Positions 8,799-17,717 of a stretch of DNA of 41,791 nt are shown here, piece after piece. The notes under the pieces were generated by a model. That model was not told the DNA's origin, searched no databases, and worked only from the letters and a program-made list of their open reading frames with translations. How positions within the stretch are numbered: the stretch's first letter is position 1; each line of letters opens with the position of its first letter. A program made the position numbers and the translations under genes. Source of the stretch: Bacteroidia bacterium (GTDB taxonomy: Bacteria > Bacteroidota > Bacteroidia > UBA10329); NCBI GenBank assembly GCA_047636795.1, contig JBLIGB010000001.1, positions 1-41,791 on the forward strand, given 5' to 3'.

Positions 8799-11700
8799 TC
8801 ATTTAAGCTTCACTTCCAGCCCTAGCTGATTCTGGATATCGTAGATCAACTGTTGTTCTGGTTTTATTCTAAAGTTCTTGGAATGCATATCTACCCAAAT
8901 TCCTCTATTGTCTACAACCCTCAAATTAACTTTGCAATTCCCTGGGTTATCAATTAAAAACGTTTTCAATTCTGAAATGTTCTCTGGTTGAACTTCTTTC
9001 AGCGGCATCGTGATCGTTATGCTGTTGGTTTTGTTCTCTAGAATATCATTAAGTAATTCAACAGAGTTTAACTTGAATTCCTTCTCCACAGGAACTCCAT
9101 CGGCTTTGTTTCCACCCCATCTGCGTTCCTTCCAAACACCTCGTATATAAAGGAAGAACTCAACATCTAAATACTGACGAAATTTTGTGTAATCCTCTCC
9201 GAAAAGACGGAATTCCATTGAGCCATGTTTGTCTTCAATTTCGAAAAATCCCCAAGGCTTATTCGTCTTGGTCATTCTGTGCTGTACGGTCGTGATAATT
9301 CCCGCAAACTTCCATTCGCCAGGGTTTTTCTTGGCTTCTTCGCTTTCCAGAACACCAAGGTGGATGTTACAAAACCGTTTCATCACCAACTCAAAATCGT
9401 TGAGTGGATGACCGGAAATGTAAACGCCAACTACTTCTTTCTCAGCTTTCAACTCCTGAATGTTACCCCATTTTTCGCATACTGGAACGTGAGGTTCTGG
9501 AAGTTGAACGTCTGATTCTCCACCAAAAAGAGAAACCTGTGAGCTGTTTTCAGCCGCTTGCGTACTTGCTCCAAATTTGATGGCTTTTTCCAAGAACGGG
9601 CCTGAGCCGTCATCATGAAAATATTGTGCGCGATGGCTATTCTCGAATGAGTCGAAGGCTCCAGAAATAGCCAAGCTTTCTAGTGCCTTTTTATTTGCAG
9701 AGCGCAAGTCAATTCGTTTCGTTAAATCAAATATTGAATTGAACTTTCCACCTTCTTTTCTTTCGTTAATGATGGCTTCAACTGCACCTTCACCAACACC
9801 TTTAATTGCACCAAGCCCAAAGCGTATTTCGCCTTTATCGTTTACTGCAAACTTGAACTGACTTTCATTCACATCTGGCCCAAGAACCTGCATGCCCATT
9901 CTTCGACATTCGTCCATAAAGAAGGTAACCTTCTTTATGTCGTTCATATTGTGCGTCATTACCGAGGCCATGTATTCGGCAGGGTAATTTGCTTTCAGGT
10001 ATCCAGTTTGGAATGCTACAACAGAATAGCAGGTTGAGTGAGATTTGTTGAATGCGTATTCAGCAAATTCTTCCCAGTCACTCCAAATCTTCTCCGCAAT
10101 TGTTAAATCGTGGCCGTTATTTTCGCAACCATCTAAGAATTGGGGTTTTAGCTTCGCTAGAAGGGCAAATATCTTTTTACCCATCGCTTTTCGAAGCACA
10201 TCCGCATCACCCTTAGAGAAGCCAGCCAGTTTTTGCGACAAGCGCATTACTTGCTCCTGATAAACTGAAATACCGTACGTTTCTGCCAAGTATTCCTCCA
10301 TTTCTGGGAGGTCGTATGTTATTTCTTCGGTGCCGTTTTTACGGGCAATAAAATTTGGAATGTACTTCAGCGGCCCAGGACGATACAGGGCGTTCATTGC
10401 AATTAAATCCGCAAACTTATCTGGTTTGAGACCCCTTAAATGCTTCTGCATTCCGGCAGATTCAAACTGGAAAGTACCGTTGGTATGTCCTTTCTGATAA
10501 AGCTTGTAAGTCTTTTCGTCATCAAGCGGAATGTCATCAGGGTTGATGTCAATTCCATGACGGTCCTTCACTAGTCGAATAGCATCACGAATAATCGTAA
10601 GCGTTTTCAGCCCCAAGAAATCCATCTTCAGCATACCCGAATCTTCAACCACGCTGTTGTCAAATTGCGTCACCGATAAATCGGAATCTTTAGCAGTTGT
10701 CACAGGAATATGATTGGTAATGTCATCTGGCGTGATGATAACGCCACAGGCATGGATTCCAGTGTTACGAACCGAACCCTCAAGAACCAATGCTTCATTA
10801 ATCACTTTCGCGATTTCATCTTTACCGCCAGCAAGTTTTTTCAGTTCTTCAGCCTGAGCTATACGCTCACTATCGCCATTTAACTTCTCCTTAAGCGCTT
10901 TATCGTCAAGACCAAATATTTTAGCCAAGCTGATGTCAGGAATAAGCTTCGCGATTCTGTCGGCTTCAAAAAGGGGCAGGTTAAGGACGCGAGCCGTATC
11001 TCGAATGGCAGACTTAGCTCCCATACTACCGTAAGTCACAATTTGCGCTACTTGATTTTTACCATACTTGGCAACTACCCAGTCGATAATCTTACCTCGG
11101 CCTTCATCATCAAAATCAATATCAATATCAGGAAGCGATACACGATCAGGGTTTAGGAAACGCTCAAAAAGCAGGTCGTATTCTATCGGGTCAACATTGG
11201 TAATTCCAATGCTGTACGCAACCACAGAACCAGCCGCAGAACCACGACCAGGACCAACAGCCACGCCCATTTTACGAGCTTCAGAAGTGAAATCCTGAAC
11301 AATTAGGAAGTATCCTGGATAACCAGAGTTGGCAATTGTTTGAAGTTCAAAATCAATTCGCTCGGTTAACTCAGGGGTGATTTCGCCATAGCGCCCTTTT
11401 GCTCCTTCATAAGTCAGGTGGCGGAGGTATGCGTTTTCGCCACGTTTACCACCATCTCCTTCGTCTTCTGGGTCTTTAAATTCTTCAGGATAATCAAACA
11501 CAGGGAGAAGAACATCCTGCTTCAATCTGAACGGCTCAATCTTATCTACTATCTCAGTAATAGTTTCAAAAGCCTCCGGAAAGTCAGCAAAAATTTGCTT
11601 CATCTCATTCTGACTCTTGAAGTAGAATTGGTCGTTAGGAAAAACGCGTTTGATGTAATCTCTACCACGAGATTCCTCGTCAATCTTTACGCCTTCTTTC

Positions 11701-13160
11701 AGGCAGCAAAGAATATCGTGGGCTCTCTGGTCTTTTTGGTTGAGGTAGTAAACGTTATTGCTTGGAAAGTATTTAACGTCATGCTTTTTGGCGAACTCAA
11801 GCAAAACCTGATTTACGCGCTTTTCACCTTCTGTTCCATGGTTGATTAACTCAACATAAAAGTCTTCACCAAACTGTTCTTTGTACCAAAGAAAAGCTTC
11901 TTCTGCTTGCTTCTCTCCAACGTTGAGAATGAGGTTTGGAACTTCTCCGCCAGCACCACCTGTACTTACAATTAAGTCGCCTTTGAATTGAAGAAGAAGT
12001 TCCTTGTCAATTCTCGGAACGTAGTAGAATCCATCAGCATACGAGATGGAACTCAGCTTGGCTAGATTGTGATAGCCCTTCTTGTTTTTGGCGAGAAGAA
12101 CAGTTTGAGCACCATTGTTTTGGCGTGTTCTGTCTGTGTGGTCGTCCGTTACATAGAACTCGCAACCAACAATTCCCTTGATGTGTTTCTTAAGTGAACC
12201 TTGCTCTTCGCCTGCTTCAACTTTAGCATTCCAATCATCAACCTCTTTGTTTGCACTCTCAACCGCACTCACAAAATGGAATGTGCCATACATGTTGGCG
12301 TGATCGGTTATGGCAACCGCAGGCATGCCATATTCAACAGCACGTTTTACCAGATTCTTAATCTGAATGGTTGATTGTAAAACGCTGTACTGCGAATGAC
12401 AATGAATATGAGCGAAATCATGGGTGATTTCAACTTTTGGAGCGTTGTCTTTAACCTTTTTAGTTGCCGCTTTTTTCGATGCCGCTACTTGGTTCCCAAC
12501 ATCAATGTCTTCCGTTTTTATCTGCGATGGATTTGTAGTTTGGAAGGTTTTAAAAGCTTCTGGGCTTAACCCTGCCTTGTCAGGTTTGACAACACCAATT
12601 CGAATCAATTCCAGAAAGCAACGTGCGGTTGCGGAAACATCTGCGGCCGCGTTGTGTGCTTCGTCAAATGCCTCACCGAAAAGCTTTATGTGTAACTCAG
12701 TTAGTTTTGGCCATTTGAATTGACCACCTCTTCCGCCAGGGATTTGGCAGAAATTGGTTGATTCGTTCTTAGTGTCGATGGAAGGCAAATCCATGATTGG
12801 GGCAGAATCTCCCAATCGCATGTATTCGGCACCCATAATGTTGATGTCGAATTCGATGTTGTGACCTGCGACAATTTTGCTCTTTGCCAGAATCGCTGTA
12901 AAACGGTCTAGGGCTTCTTGAAGTGGAACCCCCTCTTCTAGCGCCTTCTTTGTCGAAATGCCATGAACCTGTTCTGAGTTGAACGGAATGTCAAAACCCT
13001 CTGGTTTGACGATGAAATTATCGGCTTCTAAAAGCGATCCATCTGCAGCGTGTAATTGCCAAGCTAACTGTACCAATCTTGGCCAGTTTTCCGCGTCAGT
13101 TATGGGGGCTTTATAGTTCTTCGGAAGACCAGTGGTCTCCGTGTCGTAAATTAAATACAT
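8799..13160 (-). CDS. dnaE: DNA polymerase III alpha subunit (DnaE) with a fused N-terminal DEDDh 3'-5' exonuclease (DnaQ-like) domain
   Basis: The N-terminus carries YDTETTG, HNIEFD and HNAAADV (Exo I-III). A PHP domain follows (HIHCHSQYS, AITDHANMYG), then the pol III alpha core (GRGSAAGS, LPDIDIDF, NKSHS). Total length is 1453 aa. Confidence 0.95.
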   Translation of the reverse strand: MYLIYDTETTGLPKNYKAPITDAENWPRLVQLAWQLHAADGSLLEADNFIVKPEGFDIPFNSEQVHGISTKKALEEGVPLQEALDRFTAILAKSKIVAGHNIEFDINIMGAEYMRLGDSAPIMDLPSIDTKNESTNFCQIPGGRGGQFKWPKLTELHIKLFGEAFDEAHNAAADVSATARCFLELIRIGVVKPDKAGLSPEAFKTFQTTNPSQIKTEDIDVGNQVAASKKAATKKVKDNAPKVEITHDFAHIHCHSQYSVLQSTIQIKNLVKRAVEYGMPAVAITDHANMYGTFHFVSAVESANKEVDDWNAKVEAGEEQGSLKKHIKGIVGCEFYVTDDHTDRTRQNNGAQTVLLAKNKKGYHNLAKLSSISYADGFYYVPRIDKELLLQFKGDLIVSTGGAGGEVPNLILNVGEKQAEEAFLWYKEQFGEDFYVELINHGTEGEKRVNQVLLEFAKKHDVKYFPSNNVYYLNQKDQRAHDILCCLKEGVKIDEESRGRDYIKRVFPNDQFYFKSQNEMKQIFADFPEAFETITEIVDKIEPFRLKQDVLLPVFDYPEEFKDPEDEGDGGKRGENAYLRHLTYEGAKGRYGEITPELTERIDFELQTIANSGYPGYFLIVQDFTSEARKMGVAVGPGRGSAAGSVVAYSIGITNVDPIEYDLLFERFLNPDRVSLPDIDIDFDDEGRGKIIDWVVAKYGKNQVAQIVTYGSMGAKSAIRDTARVLNLPLFEADRIAKLIPDISLAKIFGLDDKALKEKLNGDSERIAQAEELKKLAGGKDEIAKVINEALVLEGSVRNTGIHACGVIITPDDITNHIPVTTAKDSDLSVTQFDNSVVEDSGMLKMDFLGLKTLTIIRDAIRLVKDRHGIDINPDDIPLDDEKTYKLYQKGHTNGTFQFESAGMQKHLRGLKPDKFADLIAMNALYRPGPLKYIPNFIARKNGTEEITYDLPEMEEYLAETYGISVYQEQVMRLSQKLAGFSKGDADVLRKAMGKKIFALLAKLKPQFLDGCENNGHDLTIAEKIWSDWEEFAEYAFNKSHSTCYSVVAFQTGYLKANYPAEYMASVMTHNMNDIKKVTFFMDECRRMGMQVLGPDVNESQFKFAVNDKGEIRFGLGAIKGVGEGAVEAIINERKEGGKFNSIFDLTKRIDLRSANKKALESLAISGAFDSFENSHRAQYFHDDGSGPFLEKAIKFGASTQAAENSSQVSLFGGESDVQLPEPHVPVCEKWGNIQELKAEKEVVGVYISGHPLNDFELVMKRFCNIHLGVLESEEAKKNPGEWKFAGIITTVQHRMTKTNKPWGFFEIEDKHGSMEFRLFGEDYTKFRQYLDVEFFLYIRGVWKERRWGGNKADGVPVEKEFKLNSVELLNDILENKTNSITITMPLKEVQPENISELKTFLIDNPGNCKVNLRVVDNRGIWVDMHSKNFRIKPEQQLIYDIQNQLGLEVKLK

Positions 13161-13504
13161 GAATGATTTGGCTTAGCAATAAGACAGTCCGAAGATATAG
13201 AATTGCACCCCCAAATATTGAGATGTTGATAACTGTTTTATATGTCTCTGAAGACCCATTTCTGAGTTCAGAACCTCGTAAAACGAGTTACTCTGACGTT
13301 GCTACATCTACCGCCATGGCGAATAGTGTAGCTGAGAATATGAAATAGGCAAATACCATAATTTCTGTCTTTGTATTAATAACGCTGACGCATTGCTTCA
13401 TGTTGTATGCGCTTTTGATTTTTTAACGAAATGACAAGTACTTGACAGAGGATGAATTGTAATCGATTGGCATGATAAACCAATGAAGATATGCTGTGTA
13501 TCTT

Positions 13505-13541
13505 AAAAAGAAAAGCCCTGAAACCAGATGGTTTCAGGGCT
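13505..13541 (-). terminator. Rho-independent terminator of the T9SS cargo gene (strong; possibly bidirectional)
   Basis: Perfect 12-bp stem agccctgaaacc (13514-13525) / ggtttcagggct (13530-13541) with loop agat. The minus strand continues TTTTCTTTTT, and the plus strand continues TTTTAAAG. Confidence 0.8.
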
Positions 13542-13564
13542 TTTAAAGCGAGTATTAGGGAAGG

Positions 13565-16047
13565 TTAATTTTGAGTAATTACTTGTCGAATGAGATTGAT
13601 TTTCTCGTTGTGGAACTGAATTGAATATAATCCGTTCGTAACCCCACTCAGGTCTATGATCGTGTTATTGGTGACCGTTCCCTCAGAATAAACCATCTGA
13701 CCCATTGCGTTGAAGACGCTTACTCCCATTGGTTGTTCCACATCGGAAATCATTTGGAAGATTCCTGTGCTCGGATTCGGATAGATAATCAATGTATGCT
13801 CTTGTTCATCTTGGTCTTCAATTCCTACAGTCATTACGTTGTAGCATGAAGAAGTATCGCTGCAACTGCTCATAGTCACAACAACCGCATAATTGCCAGA
13901 AGAATTAGCAGCAAAGGTTTGTTCATCTGCACCAGGAATGATAGCGTAGTTGTCATCACAATCCACCCATTGGTATCCTGCTCCTGCAAGAACAGCAGCA
14001 AGCTGATTGCCATTCTGAACGACAAAAGTGTCAGGAAGGTTAACTACAGTGATTTCTACAGAATCAACATTCGCACAGAGCGTTGTCGTATTTATACCTT
14101 CCACACTAAAGTAGCCAGTTTGCTGTGGCGCGAATGCCGTGCCGTTTGTAACTCCATTGTCCCACGTATACGTATCAGCGCCACTGCCTGTAAAGGTGAC
14201 CTCGTTACCAGCACAAACAGTTTGAGTTGATGCATTTGCTACAACCGCTGGCAAGGGATTAATTACGATGTCAGTTGCGTTTTCACTTCCAATGGCTGGA
14301 GTCGCGGACGATACAATTCGAATTCTGTAAGCTGTTCCGCTAGCAGTATTTACGGGAAACTCAATCGTTACGGTTCCTGAAACATTTGAAACGACTGAAC
14401 CAATATCGGTCGGAGATGTGAAATCACCAGTTGCGTCAGAAAGTTGAGCTGTAAACGTATTGGTTCCGCTAAAGCTTCCAACAGCGTTATAATCAACGGT
14501 TGTGGTTTCACCAGCGCAGAAAGTCAATGTAATTAAGTCTGTTGTGACAATCTGAGTGCAAGGGTCTTCTTCCAAAGTCAATGCGCCAATGCTGTCTGTA
14601 ACCGTTCCTGCAACATCAAGGGATGATGCTCCGATACCATCTGTTCCTGCCACGCCACTCGGAGTTTCTGTTCCGCCAGCACCTGGCTGACCTCCGTTTC
14701 CAGGATTAAAAGTTGAACCCGTTCTGTTTGCGGTAGAGTTGTTTCCATAAATGCCGTAAGCCATGCCGCCTGCACCGCCACCGCCAGCTCCGCTGTTGCC
14801 GCCAGCAGCACCATTACCACCACTACCACCTGCATCGGAATCTCCTGCTGAGTTTCCTCCGCTTCCACCAGTTCCTCCAGGAGATCCGGTTCCGCTATTT
14901 CCTCCAACAGCACCGTTTCCACCGGAGCCAATAGAGAATTCACAATCGATAAAAGAGCATGTGGATGCGAGCATGAAAACGGCTGCGCTGTTCCCTCCAG
15001 AAAGGCCACCTGCAGCAAATGTGGACGCTTTAAGGCCACCTTCTCCGCCACCGCCAGCCCCGTAAGAATCTGTTCCATCATCGCAACCACCAGAGCCACC
15101 ACCACAGGTGCCGTCTTCTCCAAGTGTTCCATTTACGCCAGACAAAGCTTCCCAGAATAAACCTACAATGTTTGCAGATGATGCCGCTCCGCCTCCGCCA
15201 TTTCCGTTAACCGTTTGGCCATCGTTTCCATCGTTTCCTGGATTGCAAGTTCCACTACCGCTACCTCTGTACCCATAACCGTTGGCTGTGAAATCCGTGG
15301 CGTTTGCTCCGCTTACTCCGCCTGTGGCACCAAAATCTGGAGAGAAGAAGTCACAATCATCATCCATATAGCCACCTCGGCTACCGTTACCGCCTTTTCT
15401 GTTGCCAGAACCTACGCCAGTACCGCCATCACCTGATTCATCATCACTATAGGCGGTGTTGAACTCATCCGCATTCCCTCCGTTGCCACCACTACTACCT
15501 GGCGTTGTGGAATTTGTGCCGTTTGTCCCTGCAGAACCATCCGCACCAGAACCACCTTGGATGGTTACACGCTGCAGCGTAAGACTTGTGCTATTTGTAA
15601 TATGAACCCCGTAAGAACTCTTACCTGGTGTTGTAGCATCAGGCTCTGTAATTTCCAGGTCTGATAATAGGGTAGGCGTGTTTATGGCTGCAGCCAGAAT
15701 GGTGTAGAATTCACCATTTCCCGCAACACCTCCTGTTACTATTGTAAGACCCGAAGATGCCCACTGCGCATCAAATCCGCCCCAAAGGTTTACGCCAGCC
15801 ACAACCTCAATAATCTCTTGGTAGTTGGTGTTTGATGTGATTCTAACATCAGAATAATTCTCTATTACCGCTCTTCCGATGCCGAAGTTGATACTGGCGA
15901 GGGTGTGCCTTCGCCACCACAGGCTGCATCATCTGTTCCGTTCTGTCCGTCTACGTGGATGATGAACGAACAGCTTTGCTGTGCAAAGGAGTTGAATGTG
16001 GTTGTTGCTATAAAGACAAGAGAGAACAGAAGTAGCGTTTTTTTCAT
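13565..16047 (-). pseudogene. Glycine-rich secreted protein with a T9SS type-A C-terminal sorting domain, interrupted by a frameshift between the signal-peptide segment and the body (true pseudogene, sequencing error or recoding)
   Basis: ORF 15865-16047 encodes MKKTLLLFSLVFIATTTFNSFAQQ... and then stops. The 745-aa body (13565-15802 as listed) is open further upstream to 15928 in another frame and has no signal peptide. The C-terminus (IIYPNPSTGIF...LYSIQF...) fits the type-A CTD pattern. Confidence 0.6.
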
Positions 16048-16408
16048 GGTTGTATTATTGTACGCTGCTAATATCCACATTTGCTGTTATTCTTGAGTGA
16101 TTGCATAGGTGTAAATCACTTTCTGTCATGCAGTTAACAGCCTAGCGTAACAGGTGGCTCGGGTTAGAGATTGGAGCGGTTACCCCGCAGCGAAGCGAGA
16201 AGTATGAGGGCAAGATCCGACCGAAAACGCGAAATTTGCGCAGCATTTTGAGTGTTTTTCGGTAACTTCCAAAAAGAGAAATAAGAAATTGGAAAAGAAA
16301 AAACTTGAAACGGAGTTAGATTTAGCTTCGGAAACTCCATTGGGGATGGCAATTTGCAAGTGTTTTGCACCGTTGTTTTAAGACTGTGAAAATGATTTAA
16401 AAAAGGGG

Positions 16409-16440
16409 CTTGTTTCTTTATGTGGATTATTGCATTTTTG
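16409..16440 (+). promoter_or_regulatory. Candidate promoter of rpsP: cTTG, 20-nt spacer, cATTTTTG
   Basis: Near-consensus -33 and -7 elements. The -7 box is followed by CACCCCC and lies 36 nt upstream of the ATG. Confidence 0.35.
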
Positions 16441-16475
16441 CACCCCCAAAATTTGTAATAATTAAACAAGTCTAG

Positions 16476-17195
16476 ATGCCAACTAAAATTAGATTGCAGA
16501 GACACGGAAGAAAAAGCTACGCATTTTTTCATATTGTAGTAGCCGATTCGCGCGCCCCACGAGATGGGAAGAACATTGAAAAGTTGGGAGTTTACAATCC
16601 AAACACTAATCCAGCAACTATCGAGCTTGATATCGATGGTACGTTGAAGTGGTTGGAGAATGGAGCTCAACCTACCGACACGTGTCGGGCAATTCTTTCT
16701 TACAAGGGGGTTCTCTACAGAAAACACCTTAACGGTGGAGTTAAGAAAGGAGCTTTTACTCAGGAAGAAGCTGATTCTCGTTTCGAGAAATGGTTGAACG
16801 AGAAATCGAGCAAGGTTCAAGAAGGAGCTAACGCGATTGCGAAAGCTCAGGACAAGACTAAAGCTGACGCTTTGAAAGCTGAAGCTGCTAAGAATGAAAC
16901 TATTGCTGCTAAGGTTGCTGCTAAGACATCTGCTTTAACTGCGGAGGCTGATGCTGCTAACGCTGCTGCTGCAGCAGCAGCAGCTCCAGATATTGTAGTT
17001 GAAGAAGCACCTGCTGCTGAACCAGTTTCTGAAGCTGCTCCGGTAGAGGAGGCCAAAGTTGAAGAAGCACCAGTTTCTGAATCTGCTCCAGTAGAGGAAG
17101 TTAAGACTGAAGAAGCAGAAGCACCTGCTGTTGAAGCTAAGTCTGAAGAGCCTGCTGCTCCTGCTGAAGAAGCTAAAGAAGAGCCAAAGGCGTAA
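16476..17195 (+). CDS. rpsP: 30S ribosomal protein S16 with a low-complexity Ala/Glu/Pro/Lys C-terminal extension of about 130-150 aa
   Basis: [42 protein letters not shown] is a canonical S16 N-terminus. The remainder is an acidic Ala-rich tail. Confidence 0.93.
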   Translation: MPTKIRLQRHGRKSYAFFHIVVADSRAPRDGKNIEKLGVYNPNTNPATIELDIDGTLKWLENGAQPTDTCRAILSYKGVLYRKHLNGGVKKGAFTQEEADSRFEKWLNEKSSKVQEGANAIAKAQDKTKADALKAEAAKNETIAAKVAAKTSALTAEADAANAAAAAAAAPDIVVEEAPAAEPVSEAAPVEEAKVEEAPVSESAPVEEVKTEEAEAPAVEAKSEEPAAPAEEAKEEPKA

Positions 17196-17198
17196 TCT

Positions 17199-17717
17199 GT
17201 GAATAATCTTAAAGTCCTTGGAACGGTAACTCGATCTCACGGACTTAAAGGATTCTTCAAAGTGAACATATATTCGGCTGGGATTCCACCGATAGAAAAA
17301 GACGAACCGGTCTTCATCCAATTACAGGGTGGGCCGGTTCCTTTTTTTGTGGAAGAATGCTCGGCTGCTTCGCATGATGTGTGGATGATGAAGTTGGAAG
17401 AGATTGATTCGCTTGAAGCTGCCAACAAATTTATTGGTGAAGAAATGCTGATTGAAGAAGCCAACTTTGTCGGGATTAAAACCGAGGCAACAAACGAATT
17501 GGTTGGGTTTCAGGTTGAAGATTTTGAGAAGGGTGATATTGGTGTCGTCACAGGAATTTTGGAAACTGCCCAGCATCCAGTAATTGAAATTGAAAAGGAC
17601 GATAATTTGATTCTTGTACCATGGGTAGATGCCATTGTTAAGGAAATTGACATGGATGCCCGAACCATCAAAATCGAGGCGCCTGATGGATTGATTGACC
17701 TTTACGTCAATGGCTGA
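17199..17717 (+). CDS. rimM: 16S rRNA processing protein RimM
   Basis: Lies immediately after rpsP, uses a GTG start, and has the GLKG motif (THGLKGFFKV) and a PRC-barrel-like C-terminus. Confidence 0.85.
   Translation: MNNLKVLGTVTRSHGLKGFFKVNIYSAGIPPIEKDEPVFIQLQGGPVPFFVEECSAASHDVWMMKLEEIDSLEAANKFIGEEMLIEEANFVGIKTEATNELVGFQVEDFEKGDIGVVTGILETAQHPVIEIEKDDNLILVPWVDAIVKEIDMDARTIKIEAPDGLIDLYVNG

Noticed and set aside
9225-12723. Plus-strand ORFs of 60-143 aa inside dnaE.
   Set aside because: They lie antisense to a highly conserved polymerase gene, and I recognise no motifs in them.
13163-13348. 61-aa plus-strand ORF in the dnaE upstream spacer.
   Set aside because: Its first third overlaps the dnaE start region and lies upstream of the only promoter-like element. 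Its composition is unremarkable. Only the shorter internal 41-codon version is kept, as a weak possibility under the small-transcript finding.
14578-15132. Long ORFs overlapping the glycine-rich part of the T9SS cargo gene: a 184-aa ORF on the same (minus) strand in another frame, and a 100-aa PAPPPP-rich antisense ORF at 14763-15065.
   Set aside because: They are by-products of GGN-rich coding sequence, which lacks stop codons in several frames. Their composition is extreme (Pro-rich or Val/Glu/Leu-rich) and they lie wholly inside a gene with clear domain structure.
16164-16820. 218-aa minus-strand ORF spanning the rpsP upstream region and the first half of rpsP.
   Set aside because: It lies antisense to an unmistakable S16 gene, its translation is Phe/Ser/Leu-rich with no recognisable features, and the intergenic part is better explained by promoter and repeat elements.
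16847-17321. Minus-strand ORFs (69 and 128 aa) opposite the S16 tail and the start of rimM.
   Set aside because: The GCT/GAA-rich repeats of the S16 tail are open on the opposite strand by composition alone, and the products are Ala/Ser or Phe/Ser homopolymer-like.
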